Part shown: piece after piece, positions 53,200-63,223 of the stretch
How the letters are laid out: every line of letters begins with the position of its first letter
How positions within the stretch are numbered: position 1 is the first letter of the stretch
Assembly (NCBI GenBank): GCA_001780165.1
Contig: MFFQ01000023.1
Span: 5,215 to 69,214, forward strand
Direction: 5' to 3'
From: Candidatus Eisenbacteria bacterium RBG_16_71_46
GTDB taxonomy: Bacteria; Eisenbacteria; RBG-16-71-46
DNA length: 64,000 nucleotides
The notes under the pieces: generated by a model
What the model was told of the DNA's origin: nothing
The model's database searches: none
Seen by the model: only the letters and a program-made list of their open reading frames with translations
Position numbers and translations under genes: made by a program

Positions 53200-54438
53200 T
53201 CACGTTGCGGCCGCGGCCCCGGCCGCGACCAGCCGCAGCGTGTCGCGGGCGATGAGAAGCTCCTCGTTGGTCGGAATGACCAGGACGTTCACCGGGGAAC
53301 CGGGCGCAGAGATCTCCCCCTCCCGTCCCACCGTGTCGCGGTTGCGGCCCGGATCGAGGCGCACCCCCATGAACTCGAGCCCGGTCAGCGCGCGCTCGCG
53401 CACCGCGGCGGCGTTTTCGCCGATCCCGCCGGTGAGGATCACGGCGTCCGCCCCGCCCATCGCGCCCGCGTAAGCGGCGACGTACTTGCGCAACCGGTAG
53501 CAGAACAGGTCCACGGCCAGCCGGGCCCGCTCGTGTCCCTTGGCCTCCTCGGCCAGCAACTCCGCCATGTCGTTCGACACCCCCGAGATGCCGAAGAGGC
53601 CCGAGTGCTTGTTCAAGAGGGTGGTGGCCTGGTGCTCGCTGAGATCCTCCTTGTGCATCACGTAGAAGATGAGCGCGGGGTCGAGATCGCCGCAGCGCGT
53701 CCCCATGAGCAGGCCCTCGAGCGGGGTGAAACCCATCGAGGTGTCCACCGAGCGACCGCGGTCGACCGCGCACACGCTCGCCCCGTTGCCGAGATGGCAG
53801 GTGATGAGCCGGGTCTCCGCCCGGGGCCGGCCCAGCAGCGCCTCGGAGCGCCAGGCCACGAAGCGGTGCGAGGTGCCGTGGAATCCGTAGCGCCGGATCC
53901 CGTGGCGCTTGTAGAGGACGTAGGGCAGGCCGTAGAGGAATGCGTGGGGCGGCATGGTCTGGTGGAAGGCGGTGTCGAACACCGCCACGTGCGGCACCCC
54001 GGGCAGGATCTCCTTCGCCGCGAGGAATCCCCGCAGGTTGTGGGGATTGTGCAGCGGCGCCAGCTCGATGCACTCCTCGATCTGCCGGACCACCTCCGGC
54101 GTCATGAAGACCGAGCGCGCGAACGCCTCGCCGCCGTGGACCACGCGGTGACCGACCGCCTCGATCGCCCCCGAGTGCTCCACCACCCCCGACGCCGGGT
54201 CGGTCAAGGTGCGCAGGATCTCGGCGATCGCGGCGCCGTGTTCCAGGATCTCGCTGACCGCGGAGATCCGCGGGCGGCCCTCGGGCCGGTAGGTATGGCT
54301 CGCGCTCTCGCTGCCGATGCGCTCGACGATGCCCTGTGCGAGCGCGCGGTCGGCATTGGCCGCGATCGCCTCGAGCGTGGTCTCGATCAGCTGGTATTTC
54401 ACCGACGACGAGCCGCAGTTGAGGACCAGGACCTTCAT
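53200..54438 (-). CDS. ackA: Acetate kinase
   Basis: Motifs VLNCGSSSVK, GHRVVHGG, APLHNP, RYGFHGTSH, HLGNGAS, TGGIGEN and TNEE. Confidence 0.97.
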   Translation of the reverse strand: MKVLVLNCGSSSVKYQLIETTLEAIAANADRALAQGIVERIGSESASHTYRPEGRPRISAVSEILEHGAAIAEILRTLTDPASGVVEHSGAIEAVGHRVVHGGEAFARSVFMTPEVVRQIEECIELAPLHNPHNLRGFLAAKEILPGVPHVAVFDTAFHQTMPPHAFLYGLPYVLYKRHGIRRYGFHGTSHRFVAWRSEALLGRPRAETRLITCHLGNGASVCAVDRGRSVDTSMGFTPLEGLLMGTRCGDLDPALIFYVMHKEDLSEHQATTLLNKHSGLFGISGVSNDMAELLAEEAKGHERARLAVDLFCYRLRKYVAAYAGAMGGADAVILTGGIGENAAAVRERALTGLEFMGVRLDPGRNRDTVGREGEISAPGSPVNVLVIPTNEELLIARDTLRLVAAGAAAAT

Positions 54439-55322
54439 CGTGCGCCTTCCACCGGTCGGATGCGCTCGTAACCGCGGTAGAGGAAGAACCCACGCCCGCT
54501 CTTGCGGCCCAGATGACCGGCGCGCACCATCTTGCGGAGCAGCGGGCAGGGACGGTACTTGACGTCGCCCAGCTCGCGGAACAGGTGCTCCATCCAGCTC
54601 ATGACCGTATCGAGCCCGACGCGGTCGGCGAATTCGAGCGGGCCGAGCTTGAACTCGAAGCCGAGCCGCAGCGCGAGATCCACGTCCTCCGCGCTCGCCA
54701 CCCCCTCCATCACGATGTACATCGCCTCGTTGAGAAACGGCACGATGGCGCGCGTCACCACGTAGCCCGGGTACTCGGACACCCCGATCGGGGTCTTCTC
54801 GAGCACGCGGGCCAGCTCCAGCGCCGTGGCGTAGGTCTGCTCCGAGGTCTCGACCCCGCGCACGATCTCGACGATCGGGCTACGCGGCACCGGATGAAGG
54901 AAGTGCATGCCGATGACCCGATCCGGACGGCCGGAGGCGGCGGCGATCTCGGTGATGCTGAGGGTGCCGGTGTTGGTGATGAAGATGCGGTCGGGCGGGC
55001 AGAGCGCCCCGAGACGGCGCATGACGTCCTGCTTGACCTCGAGGTCCTCGTTCACGGTCTCGATCACGAGGTCGGCCTGCGCCAGCTCCTCGAGCCCGGC
55101 CACGAAGCGCACGCGGTTGAGGATCACCTTCTTCTCGGACAGGGTGATCCCCCACTTCTCCAGCTCGTGGTCGAGGCTGGCGACCAGCTCCTCTCGGGCG
55201 GCACGTGCCCGAGGCTCCGACACCTCGGCCAGCACGACCGCGATCCCGCTCGACGCCACCTTCTCCGCGATCGAGCGGCCCATGACCCCGCCGCCCACCA
55301 TACCCAGTGTCCGGATCTCCAA
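54435..55322 (-). CDS. hbd: 3-hydroxybutyryl/3-hydroxyacyl-CoA dehydrogenase
   Basis: Motifs GGGVMG, VIETVNEDLEVK, GMHF, GPLEFADRVGLD and LGRKSGRGF. GAGGAGG RBS before TTG; the stop overlaps the ackA ATG. Confidence 0.88.
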   Translation of the reverse strand: MEIRTLGMVGGGVMGRSIAEKVASSGIAVVLAEVSEPRARAAREELVASLDHELEKWGITLSEKKVILNRVRFVAGLEELAQADLVIETVNEDLEVKQDVMRRLGALCPPDRIFITNTGTLSITEIAAASGRPDRVIGMHFLHPVPRSPIVEIVRGVETSEQTYATALELARVLEKTPIGVSEYPGYVVTRAIVPFLNEAMYIVMEGVASAEDVDLALRLGFEFKLGPLEFADRVGLDTVMSWMEHLFRELGDVKYRPCPLLRKMVRAGHLGRKSGRGFFLYRGYERIRPVEGAR

Positions 55323-55376
55323 CGGTCTGCCTCCTCGCGTCCCGCCGCCGGGGACGGCGCGGACCATCCCGCTCCC

Positions 55377-55455
55377 GGCAATCGCCGCCGGGCATTCTAT
55401 TCAATCCGGGCGGCGATTGCCCGTCGCCCGGGCATCGCCCGGGCGTCGCCCGGGC
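55377..55455. repeat. 13-bp perfect inverted repeat (55377-55389 / 55409-55421) plus three 11-bp tandem repeats RTCGCCCGGGC (55423-55455) in a divergent promoter region
   Basis: GGCAATCGCCGCC ... GGCGGCGATTGCC; the loop contains minus-strand TAGAAT. Confidence 0.7.
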
Positions 55456-55539
55456 GGATGGCGCCAGGCCTTCGCTTGCACTACTCTTGGAGACTCCGGC
55501 CGTAGACCATGACCGATCCCCCGCAGAGGATCGCATCCC

Positions 55540-56420
<881 letters not shown>

Positions 56421-56424
<4 letters not shown>

Positions 56425-56888
56425 CCGGCGTGCCGGTTCCGCTCGCGGAGGTGCTCGAGGACATTGCCCACCTCGATCGCCGCGAACGCGCGGAGACTCT
56501 GATCGATTACGCGGACCGCTTCCGCGAGGTGCCGCCCGCTGTCGCGACGCGCCCGTTCCCCGAGCAGCACCGCGTGCCGGCCTGCGAGTCGGACGCCTTC
56601 GTGTGGTCGAGCCCGCGTCCGGATGGCACGCTCCAGTTCCATTTCGCGGTCGAGAACCCGCAGGGGATCTCGGCGCGGGCCCTGTGCGCGCTGCTCGACG
56701 AGACGCTGAGCGGACAGCCGCTCGAGCAGGTGGCGAAGGTCTCGCCCGAGATCGTCTTCGCCCTGTTCGGCGCCGAGGTGACGATGGGCAAGGGCCAGGG
56801 CCTGATGGGTATCGTGGACCTGGTGACGCGCGAGGCGCGGCAGCGACTCAGCGCAGGAGAAGCGCCACCACGATGTCGATCGCGATGA
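56421..56888 (+). CDS. sufE: SufE family sulfur acceptor
   Basis: RVPACES with the conserved Cys. ATGA overlap with sseA. Confidence 0.85.
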
Positions 56889-58005
56889 GCACCACGATCG
56901 CCACCTCCAGCAGCTCCGTGCGCGAGGCCTGCGCCAGAGCGTTGAGCATCCCGTAGGTGTCGCGCAGGATGCCGAGCTTGCGGTCCACGCCGCTGCGCCA
57001 CACGCGCCCGCGGAACACGTCGAGCGCCGCGGCGTAGATGCGAGCCAGGTAGACGTCGTTGGTCACCTTGAGCGAGTTCTCCACTCGCTCGATCACGTCG
57101 GTGGTGTCGGCGACCAGCGCCTGGAGCTCGGCGAGCAGCCGCGGGAAGCGCCGTCCGACGCGGCCCCACAGGGTCCGCCGCACACCTGCGATGCGCTCGT
57201 ACACGCGCCGCAGCTCCGTGTCGAGCACCGCGTCAAAATAGCGCAGCTCGAGCAACTGCGCGTTGGCGAATTCCAGGACGTACTCGACGTCGGCATCCTC
57301 CGGCGACGGCTCGACGATCAGCGCGTTGTTCCAGGTGAGGATCGCGAGATCATCCGGATAATACGAGAAGCGGTGCGGCAACAGCTCGCGGCGCGCGGCC
57401 TCCGACAGGGCCCGCCGCTCGTCGAGCAGCAGCGGCACCAGCTCCTCGTCGTGCAGCGCCCCCGGCGGGAGCGGCTCGCCATTCTCCGCGAGCAGGCGGC
57501 GGATGCGGAAAACGACGTAGTCCTCGCTGACCGGCGCCACCGCCGGGCGCGCGATGGCCGGAGCGATGCGATCGAGGAGCGGGACCAGGTGCTTCTGCAC
57601 GATCGGCGTCCAGTTCACCCCGACGTCCACGCTGTTGCCGAAGGCGGTGAAGTCGGCCCACGAGGGCTCCCCGGGAGCGCTGACCGCGAATCCGATCGAG
57701 ACCACCCCGAAGTCGAACAGTCGGGCCGAGACCTCGACGTCGCACGACGCGCCGCCGACCACGACGCGCTCGGTCGCGAGCGAGATCGCGACCGGCGGAT
57801 TCTTGATCCGAATCGCCTGCGCCTCGCTGCGCACCGGCCGCTTGCGCTCGGGGGCGCTCGAGGCCAGCAGGTGGGATGCCTGCTGCAGGTCGAGCTCGTA
57901 ACCGACGTCGAATTGGCGGTAGACGACCGCGGCGCCAGCCTGGACCCGCAGGCCTCGGGGCCGGGCCGCGGATGGGGCGGGCGGGGTCTGGGCGAGCGTC
58001 ATCAC
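56848..58005 (-). CDS. Conserved hypothetical protein with C-terminal TM (RMD1/DUF155-like)
   Basis: Motifs FDVGYELDL, RLFDFGVVS, LEFANAQLLELRYFD, NDVYLARIY and [12 protein letters not shown]. Confidence 0.75.
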   Translation of the reverse strand: MMTLAQTPPAPSAARPRGLRVQAGAAVVYRQFDVGYELDLQQASHLLASSAPERKRPVRSEAQAIRIKNPPVAISLATERVVVGGASCDVEVSARLFDFGVVSIGFAVSAPGEPSWADFTAFGNSVDVGVNWTPIVQKHLVPLLDRIAPAIARPAVAPVSEDYVVFRIRRLLAENGEPLPPGALHDEELVPLLLDERRALSEAARRELLPHRFSYYPDDLAILTWNNALIVEPSPEDADVEYVLEFANAQLLELRYFDAVLDTELRRVYERIAGVRRTLWGRVGRRFPRLLAELQALVADTTDVIERVENSLKVTNDVYLARIYAAALDVFRGRVWRSGVDRKLGILRDTYGMLNALAQASRTELLEVAIVVLIAIDIVVALLLR

Positions 58006-58301
58006 GCCTCCGGGACGGGGTGAATGCGCGCGCGGGCGCGCGGGTGGGATCGGGGTCGCGGCGGGAGCGGCGACGACGTTGCTCCGCCGATCCCCGGACG
58101 CTCATGCTTTCACTTCGCCCGCCACCTCCGCAACCCCACCCCGCGGCGCCCTCCGTCCAGTCGATCCACGGGATCGCCGGGTGGCGTCCGACCCACGATT
58201 TCGGCTAGTGTTGTTGTCGTCCGACCAGGTCTCCACCGCCCCATCCGCCCGACCGGTTCCGCGGGGTGCCGCCGAGGGGCCATCGTCGCGGAGGAAACCC
58301 C

Positions 58302-60785
58302 ATGCGTCGCATCCTGTTCGCCGTCCTCGCGGTGCTCGCTCTCCCGAGCGTCGCCGGAGCCGCCGCGGCCGATAACAACGTGGAGTGGAACGGCGTCAGC
58401 CACGTCGGCTGGCAGGATCGCCGGCCCCTGTGCCCGGTCGGCGGCGAGTCGTTCCAGGTGCGGTTTCAGACCTACGTCAACGACATCACCTCGGCGCGGG
58501 TCCACGCGGACGACGGGACCGTCACCTGGGTCACCGCGGCGAAGGTCGGCACCCGCAGCGTGTACGACGTCTGGGCCGCGGCCATCCCGGCCAGCACGCC
58601 GGGGGGCACGGTGCGCTACTGGATCGAGCTGACCGACGGATCGGATACCGACTACTACAGCGTGGGCGGCACGTCGGACGGCACGCCCGTGGACGGCGGA
58701 TTCGTCGTCGACTTCGCCACGCTCGAGCATGCCCCGATCGGCGCGACACGCACCAGCGGCGGCGGCGCCGTGTTCAAGGTGTGGGCGCCGACCCGGGTCT
58801 CCACCTACGCGCGCGGCGACTTCAACGGCTGGAGCCTCGCCAACCCGCTCACCAAGGTCGGCGAGCACTTCATCGGCCTGGTCCCGGTCGTGGGGGCCGG
58901 CCAGGAGTACAAGTTCTTCTTCAACAACAGCGTCTACAACACCGACGCCCGCGGGCGGGCGATGAATCCCGCCGACAACAACAATTCGATCGTTGCCGAT
59001 CCCTTCGCCTACGGTTGGAACGACGCCGGCTTCGTGACCCCCTCGATCGAGCGGATGATCGTCTACCAGCTTCAGATCGGCACCTTCGCCGGGCGCAACG
59101 ATCCGCTCGGCTCCACCCCGTTTCCCTCGCGCTACGTGGATGTCGCCGCGCGCGCCGGGCAGCTCGCGCAGCTTGGCATCAACGCGGTGATGTTCAACCC
59201 CTTCACCGAGTTCCCGGGCGACCTCTCGGCGGGATACAACCCCAAGTCCCTGTGGGCGCCGGAGTGGAAGTACGGCACGCCCGACGAGTGCAAGGCGATG
59301 GTGGACTCGCTCCACCGGCACGGCATCGCGGCCCTGCTCGACATCGTGTGGAACCACTTCACGTTCAACGAGAACTTCATGTGGAACTACGACGGCTCGC
59401 AGATCTACTTCGACTCGCCGGCGGTGGACACGCCGTGGGGGTCGCAGGCGGACTTCGACCAAAGCGCGGTGCGCGACTACTACGTGGACAGTGCCCTCTA
59501 CTGGCTCGAGGAGTTCCACCTCGACGGCTTCCGCATGGACGCCACCTCCTACATGAACTTGCCCGCCCAGGCGGCCGCGGGCTGGGCCCTGATGCAGCGG
59601 CTCAACGACACGGTGGACAACCGCTGGGTGGACAAGGTCGTGATCGCCGAGCAGCTTCCCGACGACCCCGGGATCACCACCCCGACGAGCGCCGGCGGCG
59701 CCGGTTTCGACTGCCAGTACCGCGACGTGTTCGTGGACGACCTGCGGCAGGCGATCTTCGACGCCGCCTTCGGCGATCCGAGCATGGCCGCGGTGCGCAC
59801 CGCGATCCTCGGCGGGGGGACGTATCTCAGCGGCAACCGCGTGCTCAACTACCTCGAGCTGCACGACGAGGCCTGGCCGTCGAGCGGCGGGCAACGCATC
59901 GTGCGCGTCATCGACACCAGCGCGCCCTACGACGACCTCTACGCCAAGGGCCGGGTCAAGCTCGGCCAGGGCCTCGTGCTCACCGCCCCGGGCGTGCCCG
60001 CGATGCTCATGGGCAGCGAGTGGCTCGAGGACACCAACTTCGGCGCCGACGCGTCGAGCCGCATCGACTGGTCGAAGCGCACGACCTACGCCCCGATCTA
60101 CCGCTACTTCCAGGACCTGATCGCGCTGCGGCGCGACCAGCCGGAGCTCTACGCCTCGGCATCGGTGCACGTGTTCCACGTCAACGAGGGCGGCAACGTC
60201 ATCGCCTTCCGCCGCTACGACGCGCAGAACAACGCCTCGGTGGTGATCGCCAACTTCAGCAACACCAACTATGCCAGCTACCGCATCGGGCTGCCGCTCG
60301 CCGGCCCCTGGCACGAGCGGATCGACAGCCAGTCGAGCGTCTACGACGGCAACGGCCTCGACAATCCGGGCACCCTCGCGACCGACCCGATCACGGCCGA
60401 CGGCTTCGTCCAGTCGGTGGCAATCAACGTGCCGCAGATGGGGCTGCTGATGCTCGGGCCCGGCAACCCGACCGTCGGGGTGGACGACGTGCCGCGCCCC
60501 CCGGCGACGCGGCTCCGGATCGATCGCGTCACGCCCAGTCCCGCCCGCGGCAGCGCCACGCTCACCCTCAGCCTGCCGCGCGCCGTGGCGGTGAAACTCG
60601 CGATCTACGACGCGCGCGGGGCGCGCGTGGCGACGCTGCTCGACGGCCCGCGCGGCGCCGGCACCTGGAGCGTGCGCTGGGACGGCCGCGATGCGCGCGG
60701 CGGGCCGGCCCCGGCGGGGATCTACTTCGCGCGGATCGATGCCGGGAGCGAGTTCGCCACCTCGCGCTTCGCCCTGATCCGCTAG
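58302..60785 (+). CDS. Secreted GH13 alpha-amylase-family enzyme (CBM48 plus GlgB/TreZ-like) with FlgD-Ig CTD
   Basis: Signal peptide. Motifs FKVWAP, GYNP, DIVWNH, DGFRMDA, IAEQ and LHDE. Tail IYDARGARV..WDGRD..AGIYFAR. Confidence 0.9.
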   Translation: MRRILFAVLAVLALPSVAGAAAADNNVEWNGVSHVGWQDRRPLCPVGGESFQVRFQTYVNDITSARVHADDGTVTWVTAAKVGTRSVYDVWAAAIPASTPGGTVRYWIELTDGSDTDYYSVGGTSDGTPVDGGFVVDFATLEHAPIGATRTSGGGAVFKVWAPTRVSTYARGDFNGWSLANPLTKVGEHFIGLVPVVGAGQEYKFFFNNSVYNTDARGRAMNPADNNNSIVADPFAYGWNDAGFVTPSIERMIVYQLQIGTFAGRNDPLGSTPFPSRYVDVAARAGQLAQLGINAVMFNPFTEFPGDLSAGYNPKSLWAPEWKYGTPDECKAMVDSLHRHGIAALLDIVWNHFTFNENFMWNYDGSQIYFDSPAVDTPWGSQADFDQSAVRDYYVDSALYWLEEFHLDGFRMDATSYMNLPAQAAAGWALMQRLNDTVDNRWVDKVVIAEQLPDDPGITTPTSAGGAGFDCQYRDVFVDDLRQAIFDAAFGDPSMAAVRTAILGGGTYLSGNRVLNYLELHDEAWPSSGGQRIVRVIDTSAPYDDLYAKGRVKLGQGLVLTAPGVPAMLMGSEWLEDTNFGADASSRIDWSKRTTYAPIYRYFQDLIALRRDQPELYASASVHVFHVNEGGNVIAFRRYDAQNNASVVIANFSNTNYASYRIGLPLAGPWHERIDSQSSVYDGNGLDNPGTLATDPITADGFVQSVAINVPQMGLLMLGPGNPTVGVDDVPRPPATRLRIDRVTPSPARGSATLTLSLPRAVAVKLAIYDARGARVATLLDGPRGAGTWSVRWDGRDARGGPAPAGIYFARIDAGSEFATSRFALIR

Positions 60786-61009
60786 TCGCGCCGCGAGACG
60801 CGGCGGGGGCATCAACCCTGTGCGCGCCCCGCCCGGTCGGCCGGACCGGCTCGGACCGGCGACAGGGCATTTTGGCCCCCGCCTCCAGCCGGTATAGGGT
60901 CGTCGCCTCGGGGGGTGCGCGCGCACCGGGCCCCCGGACCCGGCGCGGGCCCCGCGAGTCGGCGTGACCGTCCGGCGGCGCGTGCGTGGACGAACCACGG
61001 GGGGATGGC

Positions 61010-61972
61010 GTGACCGACGCGGGACTGCAGTCACGGATCGAGGTGCTCTCCGATCTCGAGCCGGTGGTGGACGAGCTCATCCTGACCCACGAGTCCAAGC
61101 GCGAGCTGTGGTGGCCGAGCGACCTGTTCGCCGAGGAGGAGCAGGCCTCGCCCGAGCGGACCCGCGAGGCGCTGCGCGAGCGCGCGCGCGGGCTCTCGGA
61201 CCCGGCGCGGATCGCGATCGCGCTCAACCTCGTCACCGAGGAGGGCCTGCCCCACTTTCACCGGCTGCTCGCGGTGCACTTCGGCGACGACACGTTCTGG
61301 CGCAAGTGGCAGAATCTGTGGACCGCCGAGGAAGACCGCCACGGCGTCGTGATCCACGACTACTGCCGCGAGTCTGGCATCCTGCACGCGGCGAGCCTCG
61401 ACCGCCTGCAGTTCGACTACCTGCGCAGCGGCTTCCACCCGTCGTGGGACTACGATCCCTACCGGGTGTTCGTCTACACCACGCTGCAGGAGCGCGCGAC
61501 CCAGGTCTCGCACGCCAATACCGGCCGCTACGCCGGCCCGTACGAGCCCAAGATCGAGTACATCCTCGGCCGCGTCGCCGGCGACGAGGCGCGCCACTAC
61601 GCCTTCTACCGCCAGATCTTCGCCGAGGTGCTCGAGCGCGATCCCGACCAGGCGCTCGATTCCGCCGCGCGCGTCATGCCGAGCATCGAGATGCCGGGGG
61701 TGAGCATGCCGCACTTCCGCGAATTCGCCGATGTCGTGCGCCGCGCGGGCATCTACGGACCGCGGGAGTACCTGCGCATCGTCCAGGAGCAGATCAAGTT
61801 CTGGAACATCGAGTCCCTCACCGGGCTCCGCGAGCTCGGCGCCCGGGCGCAGGAGAAGATCCTCGACATCCCGCGCCGGCTCGAGAAGATCGCCGAATAC
61901 GTCGAGAGCCGCAGCACGTCCAAGACCTTCTCGTTCGACCTCGTCTTCCAACGCGAATTCGCGATGGAGTGA
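61010..61972 (+). CDS. Soluble acyl-ACP desaturase (ferritin-like diiron; plant/mycobacterial DesA type)
   Basis: Motifs NLVTEEGLP, WTAEEDRHG, YTTLQERAT..SH, DEARH and MPG. Start 61010 or 60986. Confidence 0.9.
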   Translation: MTDAGLQSRIEVLSDLEPVVDELILTHESKRELWWPSDLFAEEEQASPERTREALRERARGLSDPARIAIALNLVTEEGLPHFHRLLAVHFGDDTFWRKWQNLWTAEEDRHGVVIHDYCRESGILHAASLDRLQFDYLRSGFHPSWDYDPYRVFVYTTLQERATQVSHANTGRYAGPYEPKIEYILGRVAGDEARHYAFYRQIFAEVLERDPDQALDSAARVMPSIEMPGVSMPHFREFADVVRRAGIYGPREYLRIVQEQIKFWNIESLTGLRELGARAQEKILDIPRRLEKIAEYVESRSTSKTFSFDLVFQREFAME

Positions 61973-63213
61973 TGGATCGTCGCGTCGTCGTCAGCGGCCT
62001 CGGCATCGCGGCGCCGGTCGGGACCGGCGTGGAGCGCGCGTGGACGGCGCTCCTCGAGGGGCGCTCCGGGATCGGCCCGATCACGCTGTTCGAGGCCTCC
62101 GGGCTCCGCAGCCGCATCGCCGGCGAGGTGAACGACCTCCGCCCCGCCGAGCGGCTGCCCGCCAAGACCCTGAAGCGCAGCGCGCGCTTCACCCAGCTCG
62201 CCCTGGTGGCGGCCCTCGAGGCGCTGGTCCACGCCCGCCTCGACGACGAGGCGACGCGGAACGACACCGCGGTGGTCGTGGGCTCGGGCATCGGCGGCTT
62301 CGACATGCTCGAGCGCGAGCACCAGGTGTTCCTCGAGCGCGGTCCGGGGCGGTTCGCGCCCCTCACCGTGCCGATGATCATCCCCAACATGGCCGCGGGG
62401 GCGATCGCCATGGAAACCGGGTGCCGCGGACCGAGCCTGTGCCTGAGTACCGCCTGCGCGAGCGGCGGCAACGCCATCGGCACCGCGCTCGACCTCATCC
62501 GCAGCGGGCGGGCCGAGGTGGCCGTGGCCGGCGGCGCCGAGTGCACGATCTCCCCGTTCGCCGTGGACGGCTACTGCCAACTGCGCGCGCTCTCGACCCG
62601 CAACGACGCGCCGCAGGCCGCCTCGCGTCCCTTCAGCCTCGACCGCGACGGGTTCGTCATCGCCGAGGGCGCCGGGATCCTGGTGCTCGAGAGCCTCGAG
62701 CATGCGCGCGCGCGCGGCATGGAGCCGCGGGTCGAGGTCGCGGGCTACGGCGCGAGCGCCGACGGCTATCATCCGACGGCCCCCGACCCCGAGGGGCGCG
62801 GGGCCGCGCGCGCGATCCGCGCGGCACTCGCCGACGCGCGCATCGCGCCCGAGCAGGTCGAGGTGGTCAACGCCCACGGGACCTCGACGCCGCTCAACGA
62901 CGCCACCGAGACCGCGGTGCTCAAGCAGGTGTTCGGCCGCCACGCCTACCGGCTGGCGATCCACTCCACCAAGTCCATGACCGGTCACGCCCTGGGCGCC
63001 TCACCCGCGATCGAGGCGGTGGTGGCGGTGCTCACGATCGAGCGCGGGGTGATCCACCCCACGATCAACCTCGAGCAGCCGGATCCCGCGTGCGATCTCG
63101 ACTACGTGCCGCGCGAGGCGCGCGAAGCGAGGGTGCGGACGGTGGTCTCGAACTCATTCGGTTTCGGCGGCCATAACGCGGTGCTGGTGTTCCGGGCGCT
63201 GGACGGCCGCTGA
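61972..63213 (+). CDS. fabF: Beta-ketoacyl-ACP synthase II
   Basis: Motifs TACASG, VNAHGTST, TKSMTGH and NSFGFGGHN. TGATG coupling with the desaturase. Confidence 0.93.
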   Translation: MDRRVVVSGLGIAAPVGTGVERAWTALLEGRSGIGPITLFEASGLRSRIAGEVNDLRPAERLPAKTLKRSARFTQLALVAALEALVHARLDDEATRNDTAVVVGSGIGGFDMLEREHQVFLERGPGRFAPLTVPMIIPNMAAGAIAMETGCRGPSLCLSTACASGGNAIGTALDLIRSGRAEVAVAGGAECTISPFAVDGYCQLRALSTRNDAPQAASRPFSLDRDGFVIAEGAGILVLESLEHARARGMEPRVEVAGYGASADGYHPTAPDPEGRGAARAIRAALADARIAPEQVEVVNAHGTSTPLNDATETAVLKQVFGRHAYRLAIHSTKSMTGHALGASPAIEAVVAVLTIERGVIHPTINLEQPDPACDLDYVPREAREARVRTVVSNSFGFGGHNAVLVFRALDGR

Positions 63214-63223
63214 GCCTCGACCG

